From positions 201,686,001 through 201,750,000 of the forward strand of contig OX597814.1 in the NCBI GenBank assembly GCA_951406725.2: 64,000 bases of DNA, written 5' to 3'. Source of the DNA: Octopus vulgaris. Its lineage: Eukaryota. Of this stretch, positions 1 through 12,424 are shown piece after piece (position 1 is the first letter of the stretch; every line of letters starts with the position of its first letter). A program made the position numbers and the translations under genes. The notes under the pieces were generated by a model, which saw nothing but the letters and a program-made list of their open reading frames with translations, ran no database searches and was not told where the DNA came from.

Positions 1-409
1 GTACAGCCTTCTGGCTTGTCAGTCCTCAGTTAATCCGTCCAACCCATGCCAGCATGGAAAGCAGATATTAAACAATGATGATGATGTTGATGATGTTTTT
101 ATTGATATATTTACAATACATGTATATATCCCCAATGTTTAATGTAAAAACATTTTGAACTTTGTATAGGAATTTGTTGATTATTTTGTGGCTAGGAGCA
201 TACCAGAGGAATATATAATACTTTCTATCATTAAAGCTACAATAAAACAAATGGGTTTTGTTTAACATCATGTCAGTTAAGGACACGTTTCCAAAGCAAT
301 GTCTCTTAAGACATGTAAGTGTTTTCGCTGTTAACACCTTTTCAAATACAAACGTTACAGAGTAGTCTATATTGAGGAAGTTGTTTTTAGGAGTGATGTT
401 CACTGCTTC

Positions 410-1010
410 CAGTTTAATTTTAGATTTAGAATTCTTAGAAAGTATTCATCTTTTGCTTTTCCAAATTTATCATTTTCTTACTGTATTTTGAAAAAAGGTA
501 ATATTTTGAATTTTTCATTTGCAGTAATGTCTAAATGTTCATTCACTTCATGGAGTATTTCTAAGAGATGACTCTGATTTGTTGCTTATGTACTCTTACC
601 CGATACATTAATATTGATCCTGTTTGGCCAATATAATCCTCATTGCATTACAGGCATGAGATACAGTTAACAAGGTTTTTCTGTTTTGCAGTTCTTATTT
701 GCATTAACATTCAAATTATTTTCATTCTTGAACTTTTGGTTTGCTCTGTTCAATTATTTCACTCATCCCATAACGAAGATATTTTGTTAATTTCATTATT
801 TTTTCTGATGTGAATTTTGTCACTTTTAAGAGTCTTTTAAGATTTGGTAATTGTCTTTGGTTGACAGTGATTTGTGATTCTTTAATTATTTTCAAGTATT
901 TGATGATTGGTACAGGACTAGCAAAAAAAGTACAGTTTGGCTGATTGTAAGATGTCATGATTTTTAGGATTAGGGGTGACTACAATGGAATACTTATGTT
1001 GCTTTTCTCT
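410..1010 (-). pseudogene. Penelope-like element relic: linker plus GIY-YIG endonuclease, frameshifted and with stops
   Basis: Minus-strand translation gives ...QRQLPNLKRLLKVTKF..., then NLVNCISCL*CNEDYIGQTGSILMYRVRVHKQQIR and ...EHLD...FKILPFFKI...EYFLRILNLKLN. This matches the PLE GIY-YIG layout (CxxC between the GIY and YIG motifs, R..H, terminal LN). Confidence 0.8.
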
Positions 1011-1113
1011 TCACCCTTATTGTGAGAGTCTTCCAAAAGACAGTGGTTAGTTTCTCTTTTGTCCTGATGGTGGTGGGATTTACTACGTTTTTCCGGTAGA
1101 TTTGTTTCTTAAG

Positions 1114-1400
1114 GCATAGGAGTGGCTGTGTGGTAAGTAGCTTGCTTATGAACCACATGGTTCTGGGTTCAGTTCCACAGCATGGCACCTTGGGCAAAAA
1201 GTCTTGTGAGTGGATTTGGTAGACAGAAACTGAAAGACGCCCGTCGTATATATGTATATATATATATGTGTGTGTGTATGTGTGTATGTGTGTGTGTGTG
1301 TGTATGTTTGTATGTCTGTGTTTGTCCCCCTCAACATCGCTTGGCAACTGATGCTGGTGCGATTACGCCCCCGTAACTTAGCAGTTCGGCAAAAGAGACC
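1114..1400 (+). mobile_element. tRNA-derived SINE family A (CORE-like, internal (TA)/(TG) microsatellite), 3'-truncated
   Basis: tRNA-like head (tggctgtgtggtaag...ggttcagttcc), CORE-like ccttgggcaa motif; homologous to many copies in the window. Confidence 0.85.
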
Positions 1401-1419
1401 GTGCATGTGTGTGTATTCT

Positions 1420-1800
1420 TTTATTCTTTTATTTGTTTCAGTCATTTGACTGCAGCCATGCTGGAGCACTGCCTATAGTTGACTCAATCAACCCCAGGAC
1501 TTATTCTTTGTAAGCCTAATACTTATTCTATTGGTCTCTTTTGCTGAACCGCTAAGTTACAGGGATGTAAACACACCAACATTAGTTGTCAAGCGATGGT
1601 GCTGGGGACAAACACAGACACAGACACACACACACACACACATGATGGGCTTCTTTCAGTTTCCGTCTACCAAATCCACTCACAAGGCTTTGGTCGGCCT
1701 AAGGCTATAGTAGAAGACACTTGCCCAAGGTGCTATGCAGTGGGACAGAAACCAGAACTATGTGGTTGGTAAGCAAGCTACTTTCCACACAGCTACTCTT
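1420..1800 (-). mobile_element. SINE family A, near full length
   Basis: Reverse complement of family A, including the 3' tail (...gactgaaacaaataaaagaataaaagaata). Confidence 0.85.
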
Positions 1801-3456
1801 GCATTTATATATGTGTGTGTATACATATATATACACACACACACACAAAAACACACACATGCACAAACACACACACACATACACATGAAGGATTTCTTTC
1901 AGTTTCTGTCTGTCAAATCCACTTACAAAGCTTTTGTCAGCCTTGGGCTATTTATCATCATCATCATCATTGTTTAATGTCCGCTTTCCATGCTAGCATG
2001 GATTGGACGATTTGACCGAGGACTGGCTAACCAGATGGCTGCACCAGGCTCCAATCTGCTCTGGCAGAGTTTCTACAGCTGACTGCCACTGGCACGAGGG
2101 CCAGTCAGGCGGTACTAGCTACAGCCACACTCAAGTGGTGTTTTTTACATGCCACCTGCACAGGAGCCATTATAAAAGACGTTTACCTAAGTCAGTACAG
2201 TGGGACTGAACCCAAGACCTCACAGTTGGGAAGCAGGCTTCTTATCTGCATACCCATGTCTGTAACTATGCAATACAAAATACACAAAAACATTCAGTTT
2301 TGAATTTCAGCATTTTCTGCTGTTTTGTAGTCTTAATATTTCTTGTGTGACAAATAATCTAACATCTCAATATTCGGAAAAGACTTTGTACAGAATAAGT
2401 CGGATCTTTTATTTTGGTATTTCTGACAGAACTTGTATCTCTATTGAAGCTGATTTTATGATTTGCCAATACAAGATAATTTGAACTGCTTTTCACTTTC
2501 ATTCATTCATTTCGAGTATTATTTATTATCCAACACATTTACAGAACTATTCAAAAAAAGCTATGAACCTGGTGACATAAAAAAACGAAAGTTCTGAAGA
2601 AAGAAACTTTAATTTCCCTTGCTGAATGTCAGAGTTACGAAAATCTAAATAAATTTTCTGGTCAAAAGATTATTTTTTTCATGGATATTAGAGGTTGTAA
2701 TAAATACCAAGTTATACACGAAAATGGTTGTTCATGATAAAAAGAGTAACAATCATCTACTTTAAAGTTCACTAAGTCTTTATCTAATCTTAGAAATGTT
2801 TTATAAAGACTGGTAATGATAAAGTTTCTTAAAAGACAACATGGTAGTATCTGATGTAGTATAAGAACAAGTGAAAAGAAAACATGTTTATTATAAATGA
2901 TTTTTGTATCGAATAAATAGAATGACACAATATATCCATTAATAGTATTTAAATATAATACTTTAAACCATCGTCAGACAATAAATATTTTTATTATGGG
3001 TTCTTTACATTTATCAGGATGTTCAATATACTGAAAATTTACTTTGTAGATACAACGTTTTTCCTGTATTTAATTCATAGAAGAGATTTATAAATTGAAT
3101 GAGATTATATGGAATATATGTTAACTCTTTAGTTAACAGAAGTTTTCAGAGATGTACTAGCCAGACAAGTGATTTGACCTGAGAAGTGAAACTAAAGCCA
3201 TTATTCTGTGGAAGATACATTTCAACCATTCAAAAATTGCACAAAGACTGTCAGCTTCTCTTTAGTATTTTTTATTTGCTGTTAAAAGTTTTGTCTCACT
3301 AACTGTGACCAAGTCACTGACTTAGTTTCACTCCAACTTTAAAAGTATGTCTATATATATATATATATATGTAGGTCCCGGGTTGATTCGGGGTTAACCA
3401 CAGTAAATAAGGTACTCAATACATAGCAGAGTAAAATTAATTTATTATATAGAAGG

Positions 3457-3507
3457 AGCTTCTACAGGACTAGAACTGTTTCATTCAAGAGAAATCTTCA
3501 GGAAGCT
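3457..3507 (-). ncRNA. Type I hammerhead ribozyme motif (left arm)
   Basis: Exact reverse complement of the motif at 4066-4116. Confidence 0.7.
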
Positions 3508-4065
3508 AGTTAACAAGAATTGTATTGGCATTTATACATTTAGGCAGGTTTAAAGGGGTGTTGGTGGGGGACTTTTTGGGGGTAGGCATAGCACAAAATA
3601 TCATACTTGGGGGAGTGGTCAAGGAGTCAGTGTTAAATTAGATAGAAGAATAAATAAAAAAAAAAAATAAATAAATAAATAAATAAAAAAAATCTATATA
3701 TAAAAAAAGGGGAATAGGGTTTTAGGTAAATAATGAGATTCTCACTTATACCTATGTATGTATGTATACATGTGTGCATAGGTATAAGTGAGAATCTCCT
3801 TATTTACCTAAAACTCTATTCCCCTTTTTTTATATATATAGATTTTTTTTTTATTTATTAATTTTTTATTTTTTAATATTTTTTTTTATTTTTTATTTAT
3901 TTTATTTTTTTTTTTTTATTTATTCTTCTATCTAATTTAACACTGACTCCTTGACCACTCCCCCAAGTATGATATTTTGCGCTATGCCTACCCCCCAAAA
4001 GTCCCCCACCAACACCCCTTTAAACCTGCCTAAATGTATAAATGCCAATACAATTCTTGTTAACT

Positions 4066-4116
4066 AGCTTCCTGAAGATTTCTCTTGAATGAAACAGTTC
4101 TAGTCCTGTAGAAGCT
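4066..4116 (+). ncRNA. Type I hammerhead ribozyme motif (right arm)
   Basis: Stem I AGCUUC/GAAGCU; core CUGAAGA (4072-4078); stem II UUC-ucuu-GAA with a U.U at its base; GAAA; stem III ACAG/CUGU; GUA site (A4110). Confidence 0.7.
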
Positions 4117-4133
4117 CCTTCTATATAATAAAA

Positions 4134-4175
<42 letters not shown>

Positions 4176-4179
<4 letters not shown>

Positions 4180-4378
4180 GGGAGAATTCACGGAAAAAAC
4201 AAAATACGAAGACAGGTGGTGTACAAAACAAACAGATGTATTAGTATAATGCTCGGGAATTGAAAAAGTCTTTTACGTTTCAAGCCTACGCTCTTCTACA
4301 GAAAGGGACACAGAAAAAAACCAGGAGAGAAACAAGGAGAGAAAAATATGTGTATAGTGGCTACCGATCTATCATGGT
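4176..4378 (-). mobile_element. Probable PLE-type terminal repeat fragment with a degenerate HHR-like motif at 4268-4309
   Basis: Abuts (TA)n. Minus strand reads cuuu-CUGUAGA-a-GAGC-guag-GCUU-GAAAC-GUA-aaag; the core is non-canonical. Confidence 0.45.
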
Positions 4379-4384
4379 GATCTA

Positions 4385-4674
4385 TCCCCCGCTAAAAGTG
4401 GATGTTGGATTAGAATGCAGAATACTGAGTTATTCATGATGAGAGAACATTTCAGATGAATGTGTGGAGCACAAAAGAACTTGTGTTTCTATTGCTGACA
4501 GGTGATAACTGTCCGTTACAGCCACTGAAACTGACAGATCCTGTGATTTCTCCCTTCCTTGAGCTTATCAATGACAGACGTCCTGCACACAGTTCCTCTC
4601 ACCAGTGATATATAACTCTCAGTGTCTTGCCAGTGTCTATTCAACCACTAGTATCACAAATAGCTAGTGGCCTT
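4385..4674 (-). mobile_element. Diverged copy of the HHR-bearing non-coding repeat at 18610-19024 (retrozyme-like family 1)
   Basis: Collinear similarity with 18642-18925 (gtggatgttg..ttagaa, tgagagaac.tttca, cagatcc..tgatttc, tgacaga.gtcc, cagtgtctattc, tcacaaatagc). Degenerate HHR at 4531-4577 with core UUGAUAA. Confidence 0.75.
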
Positions 4675-5432
4675 CATCATCATCATCATCATCATTGTTT
4701 AATGTCCGTTTTCCATGCCGGCATGGGTTGGACGATTCAACCGGGGTCTGGGAAGCCAGGAGGCTGCACCAGGCTCCAGTCTGATCTGGCAGTGTTTCTA
4801 CAGCTGGATGCCCTTCCTAACGCCAACCACTCTGAGAGAGTCATGGGTGTTTCTTTATGTGCCACTGGCACAGGAGCCAGAGGGAGCTGGCAACGACCAT
4901 GATTCATTGGTGCTTTTTATGTGCCACTGGCACGGGAGCCTGTCAAGGCAGCACTGGTATCAGCCATATTGGTGCTTTTTACATGCCACCAGCACAGGGA
5001 TCACAACTACAATTTTCAGTTGATTTTTATTTTGATGTTGATGTTGATGTACTTGACTCAATAGGTCTCCTCAAGCACGGCATGTCGCCCTACGATCCAA
5101 GATACTTTTGAGTTGACTGGTTATGTGACACTGATGTAGGTTACAGCTGTGGACTCACTTTATTTGCTAGGTCTTCTCAGTCACAGCATATCTCTAGAGA
5201 TCTCGGTCTTTCATCATTGCCTCTGTGAGATCCAAAATTCGAAAGTCATGCTTCACCACCTCATCCCATGTCTTCCTGGGTCTCCTTCTATCCCGGATTC
5301 CTTCCACTGTTTCAGAGTGGAACTTCTTCACACAGCTCTCCTCATCCATTCATAGTACATGACTTTACCAATGCAAACATCTTTCTTGCACACCTCATCT
5401 GATGCTTCTTATGTCCAACATTTCTCTCAGGG
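4675..5432 (-). mobile_element. 5'-truncated RTE-clade LINE (ORF C-terminus, 3' UTR, (GAT)n tail)
   Basis: Homologous to 46234-47465; decayed ...MDEESCVKK...RPRKTWDEVVKHD... peptide. Confidence 0.85.
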
Positions 5433-6626
5433 CATTTATTACATAAATTTTTGTTCCAAAGAAGCGACACAAAGTTTTTCCAACTGCATCTCTCTGAAAT
5501 GGAACTGGACTAAAACATACCCTCAGAATTAGTTGAGCTGATATTAAGGCAACCAGGATGAATGGTTGCCACTTGGAACAAAATACTCAACTGCATTTCT
5601 TCCAAATCTTTACATTCTGAGCTCAAATCCAGTCAAAGCCAATTTTTCTTTCCATCGTTTTGAAGTTAATAAAATAAAGTATCGGTTAAATACTGGGGTC
5701 GATGTAATCCCCACCCCCATGCTTGCTGATGTTGTGCCAAAATTAGAAAGAATTATGCTGACAGGTAAGTTGTCTTTAATAATTTTAGTGTTCTATAAAG
5801 TTGAAATTGCTGGGGAGTCATTTGCATTTTTAGAAAACATGTATCAACTTTAAAATCTTGGAGATTTTATGATTTGGCAGAAGTGTTGGAAATTTCAGAA
5901 CTTTATTCATTTGGCAAACAACTGTGTATTGAAACTGAAGGAACTAAATGATGGAAAAGCCATTTAATGACACACTGACACACAGAAATTAGGCCACGAG
6001 GTATCAGAATTTTGTCACCCAACGGTCACTGACAAAACTCTATAGATGCAGTGGATCTGTCATCATCATCATCATTGTAATCATCCTCCTCCTCCTCATC
6101 ATCATCATCGTCTTCATCATCATCCTCATCATCATCATCGTCGTCATCATCATCATCATCATCATAATCTTCATCATCATCACCACCCCCTCCCCCCTCC
6201 TCCTCCTCCTCCTTATCATCATTGATTTAGCAGCCACTTTTCTTTACTTACCGCGACCTATCACCCTAGTGTGCTGCTGCTGCTGTCCTAAGACCTTATG
6301 AAAAAAAGTGTACAGAGTTTATGGAAGTAAATTATTTTTTCTGGCCAGATGCCCTTCCAGTCATCAACTGTCATTTGCTTCCAAGTAAGTTTACTATTTC
6401 TACTTGATCAGACACATCTCATGGAATGCTGAAAACGAACAACACTGCTAGTATGAGAGTGACACTTGTTTACAACTATTACACCACGTTGTGACAAGGA
6501 GAAACAATGATTTACAGACTCACATTCAGACACACAGACTCATGTGTATATATATATATATATGTGTGTGTATGCATACATACACACACACACAGGCACA
6601 CACACACACACATACACACACACACA

Positions 6627-7200
6627 CACACATGCAGGAAGTAAATAGACACCTTTAATTTTCGAACTTTCTGATCTAAGCGTCTTAATATGTTTACAGA
6701 AGTGTAGAATTTACAATGTAATTATTCTTTTTTATTTCAGGTGCCATTATATTAAACATTTGCGAAGAGCAACCATGCCACGCACAAAAAATTCAGCAGA
6801 ACTGTCAGATTTTCAAAGAGAGCATATTGTTGGGCAATCTGAGGCTTCTCTTAGCCAGCAAAGAATTGCTAAAAATCTTCAAATTCCTCTTGCTACTGTT
6901 AATAGAATTATAGTGCAATTCAAAAACCAAGGAAAAGAATCAACAGATTCTCATCCCAGTCGACCTGGGCCCTCGGAAAGGAAGCTTCACTGTTTGAAGA
7001 GAATTGTGGAAAACGAACCCTCGTTCGAAGGCTTCTGACATTGCAAAACAGCTAGAAGTTAGTCCAAGTACGTGTGTTACATATATGCATAAGCTTGGGT
7101 ATTATGGACGAGCGGCTTGAAGAAAACTTCTCCTTCAACCAATTAATATCAAATAAAAGATTTTGAAATTAATGGTGTTTATTTACTTCATGCATGTCTG
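6627..7200 (+). mobile_element. Internally deleted Tc1-family DNA transposon
   Basis: TIRs catgcaggaagtaaatagacacc and ggtgtttatttacttcatgcatg. [23 protein letters not shown]...[16 protein letters not shown] (paired-like HTH) through GYYGRAA*RK; the catalytic domain is missing. Confidence 0.85.
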
Positions 7201-7270
7201 TGCATATATTGCTATATTTTGGGCTGGTCATTTTATTTATTAATTTATCTTTTTGCCAAATAAACACACG

Positions 7271-7314
<44 letters not shown>

Positions 7315-7821
7315 TCTCTTTTACTCTTTTACTTGTTTCAGTCATGTGACTGCAGCCATGCTGGAGCACCGCCTTTAATTGAGCAACTCGACCCCGGGAC
7401 TTATTCTTTTGCAAGCCCAGTACTTATTCTATCGGTCTCTTTTGCTGAACCGCTAAGTAACGGGGATATAAACACACCAGCATCGGTTGTCAAGCAATGC
7501 TAGGGGGACAAACACAGACACACAAACACACACACACATATATATATATACATATATACGACGGGCTTCTTTCAGTTTCCGTCTACCAAATCCACTCACA
7601 AGGCTTTGGTCGGCCCGAGGCTATAGTAGAAGACACTTCATTCATTTATCACTGGTATCTTATTATTTTAACACATGTCCATTGTCCAGATATCTTTCAT
7701 CACACATCTGTGACATCTTTGGCAACACTTCTCATTTTCACATGTGTTCTTGCTCCGCTTACTCCATTCTGTTCTTCTAAGATGCGGATCTTAATGTGCA
7801 CTTGGATTTCTGTCCTTGTTT

Positions 7822-7853
<32 letters not shown>

Positions 7854-7854
7854 T

Positions 7855-7905
<51 letters not shown>

Positions 7906-8384
7906 ACATGCGTTTGGGTGTGTCTTAGTTTTTAGCAGCAGTGTGGCCAACCTCTCACCCCATTGTGCTGCTCCTGCTGTCCTGAGACCCAAGAAAAAAA
8001 ATAAGGGTACAGTTCCTGTATACCTCAGTGTATGTGTCTTCACCCTTCATCCACAGTGCTGCCATCATGGTAGTTGTTGTTGTTGTTATTACCCTCATCA
8101 GCACTACCACTGCTGTTGACCATATTAATTGTGTTGTTGACATCATATGGTCATCGATGAGGTTTCAATATGTGTGTGTTTGCGTGTGTATGGGTTCAAT
8201 ATATATGTATCCATGTCCTGTATATAGTTTTATTTATTTATATTATCTATCTCTGTCTTACATTTATCCAGTCCCCAGTCAAACCGTCCAACCCATGCCA
8301 GCATGGAAAGCAGACGTTAAACGACGATGATAATGATGATGATGTAAAGTGTGTGCATTTTCCTTCTTTAATTTCTCTTATATA

Positions 8385-8434
<50 letters not shown>

Positions 8435-9119
8435 TATACATATATATATGTATATATATACATATACATATATACATATATATATACATGTGTGTGTGTG
8501 TGTGTGTGTGAGTGCATATATGTGTATGTTTGTATATGTATGTGAAGCTCATACATACATACATACATACATATATATATGCATGTGTATGTGTATCAAC
8601 AAATAGCAATTATTGCACCAACTGCTAGTTCCAGATAAAACACATTTCGTTGTTTCATTTATCCTATTCTGACTCCATTGATTCCCTTAGTAAGCTTGAA
8701 TTCATTTACGTCTTCCTGTCCTAAGTGTATAACCTGAATATCCAATTCATAAATTCTTTCAATTCTACATATAACTAAACCTGTATATTAAAACTAAAAA
8801 CGGCTTCTCTGCTTCCATAACTTGCCCTGCCAAAACATGATCTGCTTATTAAGTGTAAATGATTTGTTAAGTGTTTTCAGTAGAAAACGATAAAAATAGT
8901 TCTGACTTCACTGTTTGTGGTAGCCTTTTTGATATTTAAACAATACTGGCATTGATATCTGGTTGTGAATTTTTCATCAATAGAAATGTTAAATTTTATT
9001 GATATAAATATGGCTGTATGGGTAAGACATTTGCTTCACAACCATGTAATTTGGGGTTTCTTTCCCATGACAGAGCACCAAGGAAAAGCCTCTTCTACTA
9101 TTGTCTTGGGCTGATATAT

Positions 9120-9222
9120 CTATCATCATCATCATCACCATCACCATCATCATCATCATCACCATCATCATCACCATCATCATCACCATCATCATCATCA
9201 TCACCATCATCATCACCATCAC

Positions 9223-9259
<37 letters not shown>

Positions 9260-9340
9260 GTCATCATCATCGTCATCATCATCATCATCGTCATCATCGT
9301 CATTGTCATCATCATCATCATCATCATCATCATCGTCATC

Positions 9341-9371
<31 letters not shown>

Positions 9372-9410
9372 TCATCATCATCATCGTTTAATGTCCACTC
9401 TCCAAGCTGA
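9120..9410 (-). repeat. Expanded (CAT/CAC)n microsatellite at an RTE 3'-tail remnant
   Basis: ~265-bp triplet array immediately followed by cgtttaatgtcc..., the reverse complement of the RTE 3' terminus. Confidence 0.8.
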
Positions 9411-10387
9411 TATGGGTTAATACATACATATATATTCATTCTTTTTTCTTTTTATTTATTTTAGTAATTTGACTATGGCCATGCTGGAGCAGTGCCTTTA
9501 GTTCAGCAAATCACCCCCAGGACTTATTCTTTGTAAGCTTGGTATTTATTCAGTTGGTCTGTTTTGCCGAACCGCTAAGTTATGAGGACTTAAACACACC
9601 AGCATCGGTTCAGCAAACGAGACCATTAGATTAAGTACTAGGTTTACAAAGAATAAGTTCTGGGCTCGATTTGCTCGACTAAAGGCCATGCTCCAGCATG
9701 GCCACAGTCAAATGACTGAAATAAGTAAGAGTAAAGAGTATGTGTAAAAGCTGACCAGACATAAATGTAGTCGTTGTTGACTTTTTAAACATTGTTAGAT
9801 TGAAATAAGAGTTTGTGTGTCATTTATGATCATCATCATCATCATCATCGTTTAGCGTCCGTTTCCCCTTCCTAACGCCAACCACTCCGTGAGTGTAGTG
9901 GGTGCTTTTTACGTGCCACCCATACACATATATAAACATAGAAAGACATCACCTGTAATGTTTAGTCTCAGAGAAGTTTCTCATGAGTTCTTGAGAAATT
10001 ATATACACTGCTATTTCAATATAATACAGCTTCAAGTGTGTATATTAATTAAATTCTAACTGAATCAGCTTTGGCGTGAATCAGTACATTTTGTTTACTT
10101 AGCTTTGTATTGGAACAAGTCTTTCAACTTTGCTCGGAATTTGCCATTTGTCACCGAGGAAACCAAATCTGGTTGAAACACTGTCTGACAATCCACTCTC
10201 TCCACTCTTTACTCTTTTACTTGCTTCAGTCATTTGACTTTGGTCATGCTGGAGCACCGCCTTATTCGAGCAAATCAACCCCAGGACTTATTCTTTGTAA
10301 GCCTAGTACATATTCTATCGGTCTCTTTTGCCGAACTGCTATGTTACGGGGACGTAAACACACCAGCATTGGTTGTCAAGCGATGTT

Positions 10388-10809
10388 GATGGAAGATGGA
10401 ATACATGAGAATTTATTATTAATCACAACAATTGTTTTGACACATTAAGCATTGAGGGCGTTTATATATCCACATTTCTTAACAGTTATTTTTAAAGCTT
10501 TCTGCACTAGATTGCATGTTCGTTTCTCTATGGCCATCTGTGATTTTATTTTTCATCTTCTATATAAATGAAGATATTTCCTCCATCTGGTTGCTTTTCT
10601 CTCCACAAAATGGTAAGTTACATTGCGGAACAGTCATTTTAATGAGATGTATTCATTTATTACCTGATGAAATACACCTGCTCTACCGGATGCTTCTGAA
10701 CCAGTTGTTGAGTGTTTTAGCCATGAGGAATCGATGCTGGATATGTCAAAACAATTGTCATAATTAATAATAAATTCTCAAATATTCCTTCTTTCGTCTT
10801 TCATTCATC

Positions 10810-10815
<6 letters not shown>
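10388..10815. mobile_element. PLE-type terminal repeat (plus strand, ~10490-10815) preceded by an inverted fragment of its own 3' end (10388-10452)
   Basis: aaaacaattgt..taataataaattctca occurs on both strands. Contains a decayed HHR at 10659-10764: CUGAUGA...(G>A)AAAC-AAUU-GUC. Confidence 0.7.
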
Positions 10816-10855
<40 letters not shown>

Positions 10856-10899
10856 TATCATAAAACGAATGGTTAACACCTGGTAGCTTACTAGTAAAG

Positions 10900-11112
10900 T
10901 ACTCTCTTTTACTCTTTTACTCTTTTACTTGTTTCAGTCATTTGACTGCGGCCATGCTGGAGCACCGCCTTTAGTCGAGCAAATCGACCCTGGGACTTAT
11001 TCTTTGTAAGCCCAGTACTTATTCTATCGGTCTCTTTTGCCGAACCGCTAAGTGACGGGGACGTAAACACACCAGCATCGGTTGTCAAGCAATGCTAGGG
11101 GGACAAACACAG

Positions 11113-11174
<62 letters not shown>

Positions 11175-11295
11175 GACAGGCTTCTTTCAGTTTCCGTCTA
11201 CCAAATCCACTCACAAGGCATTGGTCGGCCCGGGGCTATAGCAGAAGACACTTGCCCAAGATGCCATGCAGTGGGACTGAACCCGGAACCATACG
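10900..11295 (-). mobile_element. SINE family A, young copy
   Basis: CpG-rich, close to the copy at 56720-57140; (TAAAAGAG)n tail. Confidence 0.9.
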
Positions 11296-11299
11296 GTCA

Positions 11300-11630
11300 C
11301 TTTTTTTAATACTTTTCTTGCAGGATTGCATGTTCGTTTCTCTTTTTGCCATCTGTGATTTTATTTCTGATCTTCTACATAAATGAAGATATTTCCTCCA
11401 TCTGGCTGCTTTTCTCTGTACAAAACAGGAAGTTACATTACAGAACAGTTCTTTTAATGAGTTCATTATCATCATCATCATCATCGTTTAGCGTTCGTTT
11501 TCCATGCTATATTTATTTATCACCCGACGAGATATATCACAAGAGGAATTGATTCTAGATGCATCGAAACAATTGTCGTCATTAATAACAACTTCTCATA
11601 TATTCCATCTTTGGTCTTTCATTTGCCATA
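11300..11630 (+). mobile_element. Second direct copy of the 10490-10815 terminal repeat, with HHR motif at 11519-11583
   Basis: Aligns with 10490-10815. CCGACGA-GAUAUAUC...GAUGCAUC-GAAAC-AAUU-GUC, with palindromic stem III ACAAUUGU. Confidence 0.7.
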
Positions 11631-12424
11631 TATATATGTATGTATGTATGTATATGCATTTATAAACAATAGAGCAATAATATTTATACCCTATCTCATG
11701 TATTCATGGATGATAATGAAATTATATTTATGGCATATCAATGCATTCATGGACAATAGCATCATCATATTTATATTACATGTTATACCATGCACTCATG
11801 CAAACTAGTGTCAGTAATTACAGATCCCTAATGAACCAGTCATTGTTTCAATGAATATCCAAGGACAACAGTCATAAAGGAATGCTTATGAAAAATAATA
11901 TATACCACAAAATATTCTCTTTACTCTTTACTCTTTTACTTCTTTCAGTCATTTGACTGTGGCCATGCCAGAGCACTGCCTTTTAGTCGAGCAAATCGAC
12001 CCCAGGACTTATTCTTTGTAAGCCTAGTACTTATTCTATCGGTCTCTTTTGCTGAACTGCTAAGTTACAGGGATGTAAACACACCAGCATCGGTTGTCAA
12101 GCGATGTTGGGGGGACAAACACAGACACACAAACATATACACACACTATCATACATATATATATATATATATATATACATATATACGACAGGCTTCTTTC
12201 AGTTTCTGTCCACCAAATCCACTCACAAGGCTTTGGTCGTCCCGAGGCTATAGCAGAAGACAGTTGCCCAAGGTTCCACACAGTGGGACTAAACCTGGAA
12301 TCATGTGGTTGGTAAGCAAGCTACTTACCACACAGCCACTCCTACACCTAAATTCCTGTATGATGCTCCAATTTTTCTTGAATTTTTTTTCTCACCAAAG
12401 TTTATATCTTTCACTGATACTACC

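Larger units (their letters stand above)
3371..4132. repeat. Long inverted repeat (arms ~3441-3756 and ~3777-4132, ~20-nt spacer) made of two PLE-type terminal repeats, between (TA)n tracts
   Basis: The right arm is the near-exact reverse complement of the left, except for the length of an A/T run and a few substitutions. Each arm carries an HHR followed by an AATAAA-like signal. Confidence 0.9.

Noticed and set aside
275-315. HHR-like CUUAAGA...GAAAC-GU-GUC downstream of the PLE relic (minus strand)
   Set aside because: Position is plausible, but the core is mutated and no stem I can be paired.
8659-8780. Possible minus-strand terminal exon LVICRIERIYELDIQVIHLGQEDVNEFKLTKGINGVRIG* after a TACAG acceptor
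   Set aside because: A 40-codon frame could arise by chance; no recognisable protein.
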